Source: Felis catus
Lineage: Eukaryota
DNA: 64,000 nucleotides
Reading direction: 5' to 3'
Assembly (NCBI RefSeq): GCF_018350175.1
Contig: NC_058368.1
Location: 119,662,001 to 119,726,000 of the forward strand
In this document: piece by piece, positions 37,981 through 52,805 of the stretch
Layout of the letters: each line of letters begins with the position of its first letter
Numbering within the stretch: position 1 is the first letter of the stretch
Translations under genes and position numbers: made by a program
Notes under the pieces: model-generated
The model's database searches: none
The model's input: the letters and a program-made list of their open reading frames with translations, nothing else
Told to the model about the DNA's origin: nothing

Positions 37981-38827
37981 GGTGGCTACCTGGGACCCCA
38001 GCAAGGCATATCTGTCTTTCTGTTTCTGGGCTTTCTGAAAGGCTTCTAAGTCCCAGTACCTTTTGCAACTCTTCTTTTGTTTTAAGGATTCTTTCTAAAG
38101 GTTCTCCCCCACCTTTTTTCCCCCCCCTCCACTGGAGAAGCTTTGTCTGGATATTTTTCTCTGCCTCGCTTCTTCAACCCAACCACCTCTCATCACGCTT
38201 TAACTTTTTTGTGACTTGTTTCAACTTGGGATTGGGAGTGAATACATACCTATATACATACATACAGATATACATTTATATAAATATTTATATATATATA
38301 AAAATATTATTTTCTAAGAGCACATCTCTCCTGCACTTTTCATTGATACCTCTATCCTTTACCTCTTCGGGATTTGACAAGCTCCAGATGGTGGCTGTGG
38401 ATTCTGACTGCTTTGCAAATGGGTATTTCTTCACAGGAGCTGGGTTTTCAGCACTAAGGTAAGTTCTGAGACTTCTTGCTTTTCCTGATCAGCAGGGAGG
38501 AAAAATCCCCTTTTAGAAGTTGAAAATCTTGTATCCCTTTTTAAGGCAGAAATACAAATAGAAATATTTTTAATGATGATTGCTGGGGACAGAGGCATAT
38601 GAATAAACATGTAGACACAAAATAGCTTGTGAGAAGCCATGATTTAGTTGAATGGCTGAAATCAGTAGTTCCAGGGCTGCTTATGTCAAATAATCTCTCC
38701 CTCCCTCCCTCCCTTCCTCCCTCCCTTATTCCCTCCCTCCCTCTCCCTCCCTCTCCTCTCTCCAGCGGTGTCTCTTTTTCTGACTCATGCTGGGTTTGAG
38801 GAAATAATTTTCTCTCTTTTCCTTCAG

Positions 38828-40089
<1,262 letters not shown>

Positions 40090-43000
40090 TAAGGAATACT
40101 CTGGGTTTTGTTTGTCTGTTTTTGTTTTTAAACTCCTGAGGTATAGCTAGAATACTAGAGGCTATAATTTGTGTCTCATGTCTATCTAAGCAACTCTCAT
40201 CTGTTTTATCAATGACATCACAGAATATTCAGAGGCCTCAGAAATCACAAGATGCAAATGATACTGGTTTAGGTGATATGGGGAATGAAAGCAGACATGT
40301 ATGTCTGTTTGCCAGATATCGAGTTGTGAGGATAAGATGATGGTTAGAACTTGGCTGTTGGTCCACAGGAGACTGGCAGACTCAGAGTGAATGTGGTGGT
40401 GCTGTCCATTCTTTTATCGGAACTTTGGGATCTGTAAAGCCAGTTGCTGGAGACTTGCTTTCCTTTAGGGGCTTTGAAAACACAAATGGATTTAATACCA
40501 AATGATGTGGTCTTGCTTAGATAGATGGCAGTATAGACTGATAAAAAGACCCCCTATCTGCCCCACCAAGTCTGAAACTTGCTTTTATAGGCTTTACAAA
40601 TCTATCTGATTCTTTAGCATTTTGTACTGAGACTTGAGTTGCACTGCAGACTTCATTGTACTGAACTTTGTCTAAGATCCGTTTAAAAGGAACTAGATCT
40701 TTGAGAATTGTCAATCACAAGCAAGTATCTCCAGACAGCTGAGGTGATAGAATTACTGACATCAAAGGAAATGGGAGGGGGTAAAAGGAATGGAAGCAGT
40801 TGTTCTGAAGCATTTTAAATAAGCACTTAGAGGTCAGTCCATTTGCTTAAATGATGACATAAGGTACACATTGCTTTGTTTTATGAAATGGCATTGTTCT
40901 AAATAAACTTGAAGCCTTGATCTCTGGAGGGGGAACAGTAAATGAGTCTGTAAAGTTTAGTGCTTGATTTAACAGTTGATTTTTAACAAGGCCTGGGGGT
41001 TGGGTGAAGAGAATTTCATAAGAAATGTTTCCACTTTAAAATTCAGTTTCCTCTTATTTTAAGGTAAATCCATAAATTCGGGGGATTAAAATGTCTATTT
41101 CTTTTTTAAACATAAAAGTATGACTGAATGTCCTGGACTGATTTTTGCCTACAGTTGTGTTTATTCATGTGGAGATGGTTCTGGGAACCCTGGTTAAAGA
41201 GGCTAGTGGCAAGCCGAGTTGTTCTGTGCTGGGTTATGGCACATTTGATTTTTAGAAGTGAGGACACACGGATTGTGTAGAAAGGACAGCCTGTGGAGAA
41301 AAATGGAATCAGCTATCAGTTCAAAAACATATTGATGTGTAATAACAAGCATTATTTGGTCCAACAAACCTATCAATGGCCTTTATCTATAATCTATATC
41401 TTCCTCTATGATGGAGCTTAGTCACCAGATACCACCCCACGGGTGGTGAGATAAGACTCTAGCTTTTTAGCCTTCTATAAAGGACTCTGACATTATCTGT
41501 AATTCTATAGAACAAATATCTCTTCCTAACTTTTTGGAAAAATGCATCTTAGAAAGAGTTCAAATCTAGGTTTGTGACATTTACTTTGTTCTCCAATTTC
41601 CAATATTTGAAAACAGCATCTTAAGAAGCTTTAGGCAAGTAAATGAAAACACACCCACCATAACCATCTCAAAAAAGACCACATTAGATTTCTATCACTT
41701 GCTCATCTAAACGAAACCCAGAAATGTATTTGCCTGCTAGCTCAGTGACATTTGTGTGTTCATCAAAGACTCATCCGTCTAACACTATGTCCTCTGTAAA
41801 TTGCTCTGAACAGGTTCTGCTCTGCTGATCATATAATTGCTTCCTTCTTTGTTGGGTTTCTGAGAGGTTGCTGAGGAGCAGTTTGCTCTTCATCACTAAT
41901 GGACTGGCTAGCACAAGCACAATGCAACTTCATATTACACAGCGTATATATCATATATGATATACTTCCCTTTGTATGTAACATCCAGAGCTAAGTATTA
42001 ACTCTTCCTCTGTCTTAGGACCAATAAAACTGACAGCTGGCTTTCTAGGGTGCATAACAGCTTCTGTGCAGACGCTTAACCATAATTATTTAATTAGAAG
42101 CTGCCAACTGTGCCTATATAAGCATTAATTCATCAAGCTGTTGTGCTTGGGTTAATGGGCTGAAACTATGGGAGGTGCTCTAAAGCAGGAAGTTGACTAT
42201 GCAAAGATGCTCTTCATCCAGCATTAGCCCTGCCCAGCCCTGCCTAGTGCTGCTTAGCCCTGCCTAGCACTGCCCAGCACGTAGCTCCGGTGTGCCCTGT
42301 GTGAGCAGAGCACTTGGAACCACCACCTGAGAGACTGAAAGGGGCAGCATGTGTCCCCAGGAGCACCTCCACATCCTTAAAAAAACCCAAAAAAATCAAT
42401 CAGCCAAACAGCAAACAAAAAAAGATGCTCTTTGAGAGAAACTCCACATGCTCCTAGGTTTTAAAAAAATTGTATTGTATACACAAACTCCTTAGATCCA
42501 AAGAATTAACTCCAAACAATCAGACACTTCTAATAACCCAGGGATAATACAAAGTCATTCTTCCTGGTTCCATAACACAATAAAAAGTGAACAGTGAGAA
42601 ATGAATACATTACATATGTTGGCTGACAGTCATGGGGGAGATCCCTTTTTTTCCCTGTTTGCCCTATTTTCTTACAAGTTTTCCAAGGGGAAATTGAAAG
42701 GCCAAAATCTCCCTGTCAATTATTAACAGGTTAGAGTCTTGTCTTATTTAATCTTAATGTAGACCTAGAATTGATGGTCAACATCAGGTAGATTGAGTGT
42801 TTAGTTAATGGAGAACTGTGAAAAATTAAAGTCAATAGGTGTTTGTATGTGTTGAAGAGGGTGGTAAGAAATGTGTTTGTCTGCATTGCTTACACACCAA
42901 AATATGATATGTGCGATGCTATGGATTATGATTCATTTATCCCCAACTAGGAAAGTATGATTGATGTAAGAGCACAGAAAAGAAATGTCTAGCTAGGATT

Positions 43001-43633
43001 CCCTCACAAAGCATTTAGATATGTCCTTTGTTTTAAAACAGTGATAAGGTAACTTTCCTTCTCTCCCACCCCACTAGGTGAATAATTACCTCTCTTTTCT
43101 CTTCAAGCATTACATAGAAGGCAATAACACAGAGAATGCCTTTTTGACTCACCTGTAAATGTAATGGGAGCTCAGTAATTTGGAAAAGAAAAGTCCTGAT
43201 TTTGAACCAGAGATTCAGGAGCTCTTCACACCACTTAGGAATGAAATAACAGGTGCAGAAAAATAAATGAACCTTTTAGTTAGGCCATCTTCCAATGCCC
43301 AAGAGTCAGAAGATTGTTGTCGGTTGGAGAGAACTATAAACAATTTTTAAAATCCTACTCATGAGTGAGTTCCTTCAGATAAATGCCTGAAACACTCAAA
43401 TTCAAAGGAATTTGCCTCTAATAAAACTGTGATAACATGACAAGTAGGGAGTTTAATTCATAGGATGCTACTTCAAAAACATTCACTGTGAGGTCTGTGA
43501 GTTATAGTAGAGACATCAACTCATCACCTTTTCAACAAACTGCTGCTTGTCAGTGTGTTTTAATCTTTCATCTCTTTATTTCCTTAAATTTAAAGGGTCG
43601 TTTCCACAAAACTCTCTAAATGGCTTTATGTAC

Positions 43634-44093
43634 TGTTAATCTTAAAAATGAAGCTGGCAGTTATTTTACCAGCAACAATGGGTTTATTCAGGAATAATAG
43701 AGAATTGCAATTCAGGACAAGCAAGCTATGGCAAAACCATAGGCAAACTCAAGAACAAAGGAGAAAAATTATCTTTTATAGAAGGGAGGGGTGGGGGTGG
43801 GCATTTGAGAAGGGCTGTTACAAACAAAAAAACCCATTGGAGTAAACTAGGGGTTCTCAGTATAATGGCTTGTCATTGGCTAATTTGTGACAATCTCTTA
43901 TTGGCTGGGGCTTTTGCTAGGGAGAGTAGAAAACGTTTCTTTCCTCTGCAGGATAGTAAAACAGTATGGACTTGCAAGGTCCATCTCTTCCTGTTGGGTC
44001 TGCAATTGATGACAAGTGTTTAGGTGTGACAGCTTTCCATTCTGGGATCTGGATTCCACTTTAAATGAGCTTTCCTTTTGTAAAATTTTCACA
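43634..44093 (-). mobile_element. Solo LTR, ERV1-like (family unassigned)
   Basis: TG...CA termini (tgttaa...ttcaca), 4-bp flanks gtac/gcac, and minus-strand CCAAT boxes, a TATAAAA (~43775) and an AATAAA (~43683) in LTR order. Confidence 0.65.
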
Positions 44094-45099
44094 GCACATA
44101 GAACTTCAGGGCTGTTGACTGAGACGGGGTATGGGAGAAAAGTCAATCAGAAAGTGATTACTCAGAATTCAACTGTATGACCTTGTATTGGGAAGAAATG
44201 TGTGGTTGTGGCCACCGTGAGTAATTTACCCAACATTGACTTTGGAAAGCTTCAGTAAGAGGGTTTATTCTTAACAGGTAGCAATGCATCTATCCTGAAA
44301 TTATTCTAGCTCTTTTTCTACTGGTTACTCAAAAGATACCAATGATAACTTTTGTTTTATTGCCCAGATATGATGTTGTCATGTTCAAAACGAAGTGACA
44401 GAGCAATGTAGTCAAAACTGTGAATGATTGGTCTTTACTACCACCTACCTCTCCTCTTTCTGTGTTGTTTCTCTGTCTTCTCCAGCTTAGATACTCTCTT
44501 TTGGTCCTGTTTTAGTCATTCCTGCTTTCAAGTTATTTCTCTCCATTGTCAGTAAAAATTCTCTTCTGCCATGTATTTAGAATACTTCTAGGGCAAGGTG
44601 TTACTTTTCTCAGGGGTTTTGGTACACAAGAAACCCTTTGATAGTTGTAGATCAGGTGACTTTGCATCTTGAAGAGAGTGCTCTTAAGGCATGAGGCTTT
44701 TTAATGTATAACTTAAAAATATAGCACAATTTAAATATAAGGCTTTATCATGAAGTCAAAGTTGACCCATGTGTGGGCAGATATGGAATGGTAATAGTGA
44801 TGGCAAAGGGTAGGTGTATGGATGTAATTTTTAAAAATCTCTTTAAGGTGCTGTGCTCTGAGCATTGGTTTCAATATAACAGTGATATAAGCATGCTAGT
44901 AAAATATTTTCTTACACTATTTTCACTTTCATGCCAAACAAGATATGTCACTTGAGCCCAGCCCCTTGTGCAAATTCAGGTACCTTCTTCCTAGGTCTGT
45001 AGCATCACTGAATGAATTTGGCAGCAAAAGAAGTGTCATTATGTGGGCAGAATGGGGAGGTCTCTGAGACTGCCCTTAAGTAGTGTCTCAACATGTTAA

Positions 45100-45250
45100 A
45101 AAATATGTATATATTATATGTATATTTATAAATATTATATTTATTTTATATATTTATATATAAATATATAACATTTATAAATAGATAAATATTTATAAAT
45201 ATTTATTATATATATTTATAAATATTGTAATATTTATAAATATATATATG
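45100..45250. repeat. AT-rich low-complexity tract
   Basis: Degenerate TA/TTTATA repeats. Confidence 0.85.
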
Positions 45251-45968
45251 TAAATGGAAAGAGAAGACCAAATATGTTCCTGACAGCCTAATGAGGTTAA
45301 CATTGTATCAAAGAAATTAGAAATGGAAATAGCTGAGAATGTGCCATTTGAAACACCTCCAACATGAATAATGGAGAGAGTATGCATCCAATATACAGAA
45401 GAAAGTTCTTCAGAAATGGACACATGGATGCATAGTTTCTGCATCGTAACTATTGTTCTTGTTCTTTGTTCTTTGCTATGGCTTTCCTCAAATGCTGTAT
45501 TTCTTGGCAAGTCAGTTAAAAAAACTTCACGCAGAAATTTTCAGATGCCTCCAAATGTAGACACCAAGTTCCAATAATTACAATTAACATTACAAGAGCA
45601 ATCTTGTATTATAGACATTCATACCTACTTTCCTTTCTGTCTGCACTGCGTTATTCTGAAGCAAATTTCAGACATCAATCATTTCATTCATCCACAAATA
45701 CAATACTGTATGTTTCTAAAATAAAATGAAAATAAAATATAACACAATACTGTTATCACAGATAAAATTAGTAATTATTTAATATCATCTAATATCTAAT
45801 TGATGTTAACACTTCTTTAATTCTGTTACAATATTTTTTAAAGTTGGCTTCTTGAGTCAAGATTCAGATAAGGTCTATTGTCTTTGCTACTTCTTTTTTC
45901 ATTCAAAATTTAAAAAAAACCCTGTATTTAAACCATATGCAACAAAGTAGCAAAATGTATATATTAAA

Positions 45969-46156
45969 TCTTTTTTTTTTTTGAGAGAGAGAGAAAAGAG
46001 AGCGTGAGAGTGAGAAAGTGAGAGAGAGGGAGATAAAGAGAATCTTAAGCAGGCTCCAGCCCCACTGATGTGGGGCTTGATCTCATGACCTGAGATCATG
46101 ACCTGAGCCAAAATTAAGAGTCAGAAGTTTAAATGACTAAGCCACCCAGGTACCCC
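45969..46156 (-). mobile_element. Carnivore SINE followed by (TTCC)n
   Basis: Reverse-complement SINE with ttaaatct flanks; TTCC array ~46178-46285. Confidence 0.85.
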
Positions 46157-46521
46157 TTAAATCTCTTTTAATCTCCCCTTCCTCCCTTCCTCCCTTCCTT
46201 CCTTCCTTCCTTCCTTCCTTCCTTCCTTCCTTCCTTCCTTCCTTCCTTCCTAGTTCCTTCTTCCCTCCCTCCTTCCCTTCCTTTCTGTTTGTTTGAAGAA
46301 ACCAAATTGATTGCCATGTTCAATATCCAGCATTCTGGTTTTACTTATACATCTATATGATCTTTGTGATTTCATTAAAACATTTTTTTTTTTCCTGAAC
46401 CTTACATTTTCTGTGAATTCATTAGATCTGGACTCTAGATTCTAGTTTCTAGAGACTAGATCAGATTCAAGTTCAGTATTTCCATCAAGAAATCTTAATA
46501 AATGATGGCAAGTCCATTTTT

Positions 46522-46654
46522 TAAATTATTGAAGTGTAATTAACATACAGTATTACATTAGTTTCAAGTTTACAACGTAATGATTCAACAGTTTAATACA
46601 TTACTCAGTGGTCATCATAATAAGTATACTCTTAATCCCCTTTATTTCACCCAA
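46522..46654 (-). mobile_element. Extremely 5'-truncated L1 3' end with 15-bp TSD
   Basis: TSD ggcaagtccattttt at 46507-46521 and 46655-46669; internal ttagtttcaagtttacaacgtaatgattca is L1 3' UTR-like. Confidence 0.75.
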
Positions 46655-47209
46655 GGCAAGTCCATTTTTAATTTTTAATTTGCTTTAGAAGGCAATAAAA
46701 GAAACCCTTATTTTTCTTTCTAGTAATTTAAGAACTATTTAATATTCCATTATTGTTTTTATCATTAAAATGGGCTAATATCATGGGTTCAATGAGCTTA
46801 CTGAGATGTACAGTGGGTCCCATAGACTGGGAAGAGGAATCATTTTGGGTGAGAAAGTTCCTCTCCTGGCTATTCACATTTTATATTCTTGGATTCTTTC
46901 AACTGTATTGAACTCCACTTGAACTCATCATTTGTATTCCCCCAAACCTGTTCTCTTCTTGTGTTCCTTATCATAGTAATGGGCATCATTAGTTACTCAT
47001 TCTCCCAGGGGAGAATGAAGCCTGGGTGGCATCCCTGACTCTTCCTTCTTCCCAGCGTATGGCAAGTTCCTTTGGTTCTTCTTCATCTCGCTCAAGTCCA
47101 TCCATTTCTTTTTATCACCACCGATGCTACCCTGGTCCAGACCACCAGCACTGCTTTTTGTTGCTTCTTAAACCTGGGAGCTTCCGAGTGAGATGAAACA
47201 CTGTCATGG

Positions 47210-47319
47210 GGCTGACATGGGGAGCCTGATATGGGGCTAGATCTCACGAATCGTGATATCATGACCTGAGCCGAAATCAAGAGTCAGATGCTTACTCGAC
47301 TGAGCCACCCAGGCTCCCC
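47210..47319 (-). mobile_element. Carnivore SINE 5' half lacking CT tract and tail
   Basis: gatctcacgaatcgtgatatcatgacctgagccgaaatcaagagtcag...cacccaggctcccc. Confidence 0.8.
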
Positions 47320-47639
47320 AAAATGAATAGATTTCTGCATCCATCTGCCAAATCTTAAAAGTTTATAAAGAGGCCTTAATGGGATTCAGTGACATAAACC
47401 ATCCAGATGGTCTCAACACCATATCACTACCTCAAGCCTGTGTCCTTGGAGCACCTTCTGGGAGCAGGGAAGGCCAGCAGAAAGCACATTCCAAGGACAG
47501 GGGAGGGTGTGGAGGAGCTTCTAATTTGCCTGGGTCCAGCTCATGTGTCAACCAGTGGCTACGTCCCCTTGATCACCTCTCCCAACACTTTTCTAGACTA
47601 CTAAAAAGAAACTTAAATTTTCCTCCCTACCTCAAATTC

Positions 47640-48250
47640 AGTGTAATCCCCTTTGGATCTCTTCTCCCTGCTGCAAAAATGGTGAGATTTCTGAAATGTG
47701 AGTTTGACCATGTCATTCCTGCTTAAAGTTCTTCATTGCCTTACAACTGCTCTTATAAGTTAAATGCAAACTCCTTACCAGGAATCACATCTCTTTATGA
47801 AATGACCACTGTTTCCTTCCTCAGAATCTTCTGTTGCCATCCTGCCCTTTGCATTTTTAATATCAGCTATACTTGATTTCTTTAAGTTCCTGAATGCTGT
47901 TATATACTTGCTTGGTTTTGTATGTGATGTTCTCTATGCCTGGAATTCTGCCTCCATCTGCTTTGATGAACTACATCTTCAGGTCCCAATCTAAAGATTA
48001 TCTTTTCTGGGAAGTCTTTCCTAGTCTATCGTATCTGGATTGGGGGTCCCTTACCTTTGACCCGAGGACCTTATTCTCCTTTACTGTGGCACACATAATA
48101 TTGTATTATAATTGATTATTTAATGGTGTCTTTAACATTACCTGTAAACTTTATGAAGATAGGAATTGTATCTGTCATGTTCGTCACAATACCTGGCACA
48201 GTATCTGGACTAAATGTAGGTCCTCCACAAATATTTTTCAGAAGAATGAG
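47640..48250 (+). mobile_element. L2 LINE 3' fragment
   Basis: catgtcattcctgcttaaa, ctctatgcctggaattct, cctggcacagtatctgg...aaatatttttcagaagaatga. Confidence 0.6.
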
Positions 48251-48784
48251 AAATAGATGCCCCCTACAGAGTTCTATTATGGTCCCAGATGCCACTGTTT
48301 GCATATACCATTACATTATCTCTTAACAGAACAACTAAAGAACAGCGATGGACTGATGATACTTTAAATAATAACAACAGCATTTCCAAACTTCCACTAA
48401 GTGCTTTGGGCACTCAGATAAGCACTTTACATACAAATTGGAAATCTTACCAAAAGATTTGCTCTTAGCACCTGCACCCACTGAGATGCTAGCTCAAAGG
48501 GACTGAGAAAAACACTTAGCAGCAGTAAAGGCTCATGTGGTCTCCTTTTAGTTGGTTCACCTAACTACATTGAAGCAAATTGAAGGTGGGGTGTGGCCAT
48601 GGTTTAAGGAACAACCTAGGAGGGACTCGAGATTCAAAAAAGTGCTTCAAAATAGAGAAAGTAGCTCCAGTAGGAAGAGAACTGTACCAGAATGCAAAGA
48701 ATGTTATGAGACCAACAGGTTGTCTTCTTAATTCTCTGACCGCTAAGGTATTCCATTTCCTCCTCCCTGCCTTCCTAGGCAGCA

Positions 48785-49010
48785 GAACATGGTAATTAAG
48801 GGCCTCAGTTTTGAGGTCCAGACTGCTCGAGGTTGAACCCCTAGCTATTGGGATCCCTGGCAAATTATTTTACTTCTGTGCTTCATTTTCCTCACCTGTA
48901 AAATGGAAGTGAAGACAGTTCCTGACTCATAGAATCGAATGGGTTGCTATATATAAAGCGCTTATCACAGTGCCTGGTACCCGGTCAGTGCTGTGAAAGT
49001 GTTAGTAATT
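48785..49010 (+). mobile_element. MIR
   Basis: ctgtgcttcattttcctcacctgtaaaatgg core; aaagcgcttatcacagtgcctgg. Confidence 0.7.
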
Positions 49011-49822
49011 ACCAGGATGGCTGTATATACTGGACGGAGGAGACACAGTTGCTTTCTTTAAATAAACCACCTGATTCTTTCTGATATTCCCCTTGGACAC
49101 TTTGCCCAGTATGTTGATTCTATGCATTTTGAAACAATCAAACAAACACATCCACAAATATTTTTAAAAAGGAGATTCAAACTGTGCATTTTACTTGAAT
49201 CTGAATATGTATAAAAGGAAACACCCCAAAAGCCTTCAAATTCTAGTAACTCTTTTCTTCCCCTGGCTATTCCATCATGGGAGTCATTAATAGTGCCTTT
49301 CCCTCCACCTTGTTTTCAACTTGTGGCTTTTCAGAACCTAGGCTGATATGAGGCAGAAATGAAATTTAAGAATACGACTTAAATTATATATTCAGTCACT
49401 GCAGAATTAGAATAACCTTTTATGAATCTCAACCTAGAGAATATTCTCCTTCATGGTGACAGAAAATGGTTATTGAGCATTCCACTGACAATAGGATCAT
49501 TCAAATTGCTCCAAAAAAAGAAAACCAGACATTTCGCTCCACACTGAGTAGCTGAGCTGTGTGGCATTAAAAAGAAATCGGAGCATTGATGCAGGGCTGT
49601 TACCGTGTGACCTGCTCATGGGAAGAAATTGATACTTTCCACTTTCATTCATCAGTCACATTCCAAAGTAGAAAATTCATACCATTTTCCCACCCCAATT
49701 TATACTGATCTTTTATTCTGAGTGTATTTAATATAAAACGACTCTGAATTACTTCCATTGATGAAAATAGAAGGCAACCCATTATACACAACTTGATGGC
49801 TCACATAATATGACTGGGGTTT

Positions 49823-50010
49823 TGGGGCACCAGGGTGGCTCAGTCATTTAAGCGTCCGGCTCTGGATTTCGGCTCAGGTCATGATCTCATGGTTCGTAGA
49901 ATTGAGCCCCGTATGGGGCTCTGTGCTGAGAGTATGGAACCTGCTTGGGATTCTCTCCCTCCCTCTCCCCTGCTCTCTTTCTCAAAAATAAATAAATAAA
50001 TAAGCTTAAA
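49823..50010 (+). mobile_element. Carnivore SINE
   Basis: Head, CT tract and AAAT tail. Confidence 0.88.
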
Positions 50011-52590
50011 ACAAAAATAGATGCCTTGAGGTTGTTGCATATTGTGTTTTAGACAATATTGTAGACTGTCCAGGTCAACAGTACTGGGCAGTGAAATAGA
50101 GAAAAGGGGAGGTGGGATCTAGTAATGGTGACTTTCCTGTAAAGGGGATCCTGGAGCAGCAGAGACTTTCAGGGACTGGGATAAGAGCAAGGGGTGTACA
50201 GATGTTAGAGTTGCAGAAGCATACAATTAAAACCACGGGGAGACTTGAGACTTGGGGAAGCGTTACAGTTCTGAAAACCCCCTAATCAGAAGGAGAGCTG
50301 GCCTATGATACAAAGCACAACAAACACTGTTTGGGAATCATGGCTCATTGTCTTACAGCATAAGTATTTAGTTATGTCAGGTGGAAAAACTTTCCTGTGG
50401 GCATTGTGCTTGCAAATTTGCACTGGAATGAAAATGGAAAATAGGATTCAGTTCTCATTAATTTGCTTTCTAGCCAGTGAGGTGAAATATCTTTGTTTCT
50501 TTAAATAGAGGGATACCTGTGTGGAGCCTTACAACTTGCTAAGCTGCAATGAAATAGAAAACTGTCAATTTTGATTTGTGTAAGAAAAGTATGCATTAGA
50601 AAATGAGCAGTTTTGCTTGGCTTTTCTCGATAAGATAACCCTGTGGCATGGAGCAGTAATGACTAATGATATAATGTGTGATCCTTTCAACATTATAAAG
50701 GCCCATATTGAATGCTCAATAATGTAAAATATTTGTTTGAAAAGATCTGATGGCTTCACACTTACTAAGGGACTGTTTTATATCAAGTACTTTTGTTTTG
50801 GTAGGATTGTCCAGTTGAGATGGATAGAAAATATCATATCTGTAGGCAAAAAAAAAATTGATAACTTCATTCACAAAGTCCTCATGCTAATGATTTTCTA
50901 GTACTTTTCCACAATGTGCCAGGGAAGTGATTCACAACGTGCACAAGCCTCATTGATTGGAAACTGCCGGCCCTTCAAACCTTCTTTCGTCTGCATCCTT
51001 CCATACAGACAAGGCATATAGTGAACGATAATCTTTTTTTCTAACAGATCTTGACATCCATTCATCAGAGGGTCTTCACTAATAGGCAGATTTAGATCTA
51101 GCTCCAAGTTACTTATACAAAATTCTGTTCTCTGTCTTCTGTCTATGTGAGTAAATGCCAAGCATTGTGACCTTGCTATGCCCTTTGCTTTTGTGTATGT
51201 TAGGGTCTTAGACATCTCTGCAATGATTGGCCCTTATAATTCTTCCAGAAATATTTATTGAACACCTACTATGCACCAGAGACTTCATGCAGTTCCAGGG
51301 ATTCGCCTGTAAATAAGAAGCATATGGTCAATGCTTTCATAGAGCATATGGTTTAGGGAGAGAGTAGACTAGTAAATGGGCAATTTCGATCTAGTGTGAT
51401 AGGGAAGTGTAGATTGATATGAAAATAGAGAAGGAGCTCCTAATCTGAACTTGGAGTGTCAGGAAATTCAACCAGGGCTTATTTTAATGCTTGAAGAGGA
51501 GAAAATGCTTAAATCTTTAATGCATTTGTTGACTTTAAGATACTAGCTGGCTGATGGAGTCATAAAAATTACATCCTAGGATGGCTTCACAGAACCTTAA
51601 GATCACCAGCAATCATTTCCGTTCTCATCAGAAAAATCTCATTAGATTTTTTCCAGAGATTGCTGTGTGAGTGATTTTAGTCAGTCCAGGAACCACTATC
51701 ATAAAAACACTCTTCAATTCTCTTTTCCATTCAACCCTTTGTCTTACAAAAGTGTATGTGCAAAATCCAAAGCCAGATAATAGCCTCAGAGGACTAGCAA
51801 TTGACTTTAAAGGTACTTTATAATTATGTCTACAGTGTCTTTTTGTAATGATAAATGTCATCATTATTATTTTAACTTTAACTCAGGATTGCTGACTTAC
51901 TTTGTCAATCTCATGCATGGCTCAATTTCAGTAACTACCACAGTGTGAACACATAGGAGGTGATCATAAGCATTTGCTGAATTAATGAATAAATTCATAA
52001 CACTACATTTTTAAATAAAGAAAATGTGAAGTATAAAGTGAATGAAATTTGCTTCCAGTTTAACTTGACATTTACTTTTAACCACAGGTGCATTCTATAA
52101 GACACAGTGAGCATGTGGTTGATAAACTGACAGCATTAAGATCTATCCAGATAAAAATCTTAGTTCTGTCACTTTCTAGCAGGGCATCTTTGGGCAAATG
52201 TCTTACCCTCTTGACACCTCAGAGCACTTATCTATAAAAGGGGAACAAGGAAACTTCTCTGTTGACAGTGTTGTGAGGATTAAGCCAGGGTCATACCATC
52301 TTATTAGCTTGGCTCCTCGGTAGCCATGTCCATCTCTAGGCTCTTTTAATTCATCTTACAAACAGATGTGTTTGGACCTAGAAGAAGAAACTGAGGGAAT
52401 ATGGATTCATTAGGACTGATCCTGCTCACTATCACAGCAAAAGTTAAGCTGCTACCCACTGGTTTCACATTGGACTATTACTACACACACTTCATGAACT
52501 TAAAGGAAGGAAAAACACATCCCATAACACACGCTCTTATAGTTCCCTTAATATGCTCACCACTTCGCCCCCTCTGAAAACGCTTGTCCA

Positions 52591-52805
52591 GGGGCGCCTG
52601 GGTGGCTCAGCTGGTTAAGCATCTGGCTCTGTATTTCAGCTCAGGTCATGATCTCATGGTCTGTGAGTTCGAGCTCCACCTCTGGCTCCATGTGGAGCCT
52701 GCTTCTGATTCTTTCTGTCTCCCTCTGTCTCTGCCCCTCCCCTGCTCTTTCTCTCTCTCTCTCAAAATAAAAAAAAAAACTTTAAAAGAAAAAACAAACA
52801 AACAA
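52591..52805 (+). mobile_element. Carnivore SINE
   Basis: Flanks aaacgcttgtcca / aaacacttgtcca. Confidence 0.9.

Noticed and set aside
37293..38462. Overlapping 70-213 aa ORFs across the CpG island
   Set aside because: Low-complexity Ala/Arg/Pro/Gly translation of GC-rich sequence plus a TA tract; no domain. Only the final ATG-initiated piece is kept as a possible uORF.
38447..38465. REST/NRSE-like TTCAGCAC (also TTCAGCACC at ~53025)
   Set aside because: Only the left half-site is present, with no GGACAG right half.
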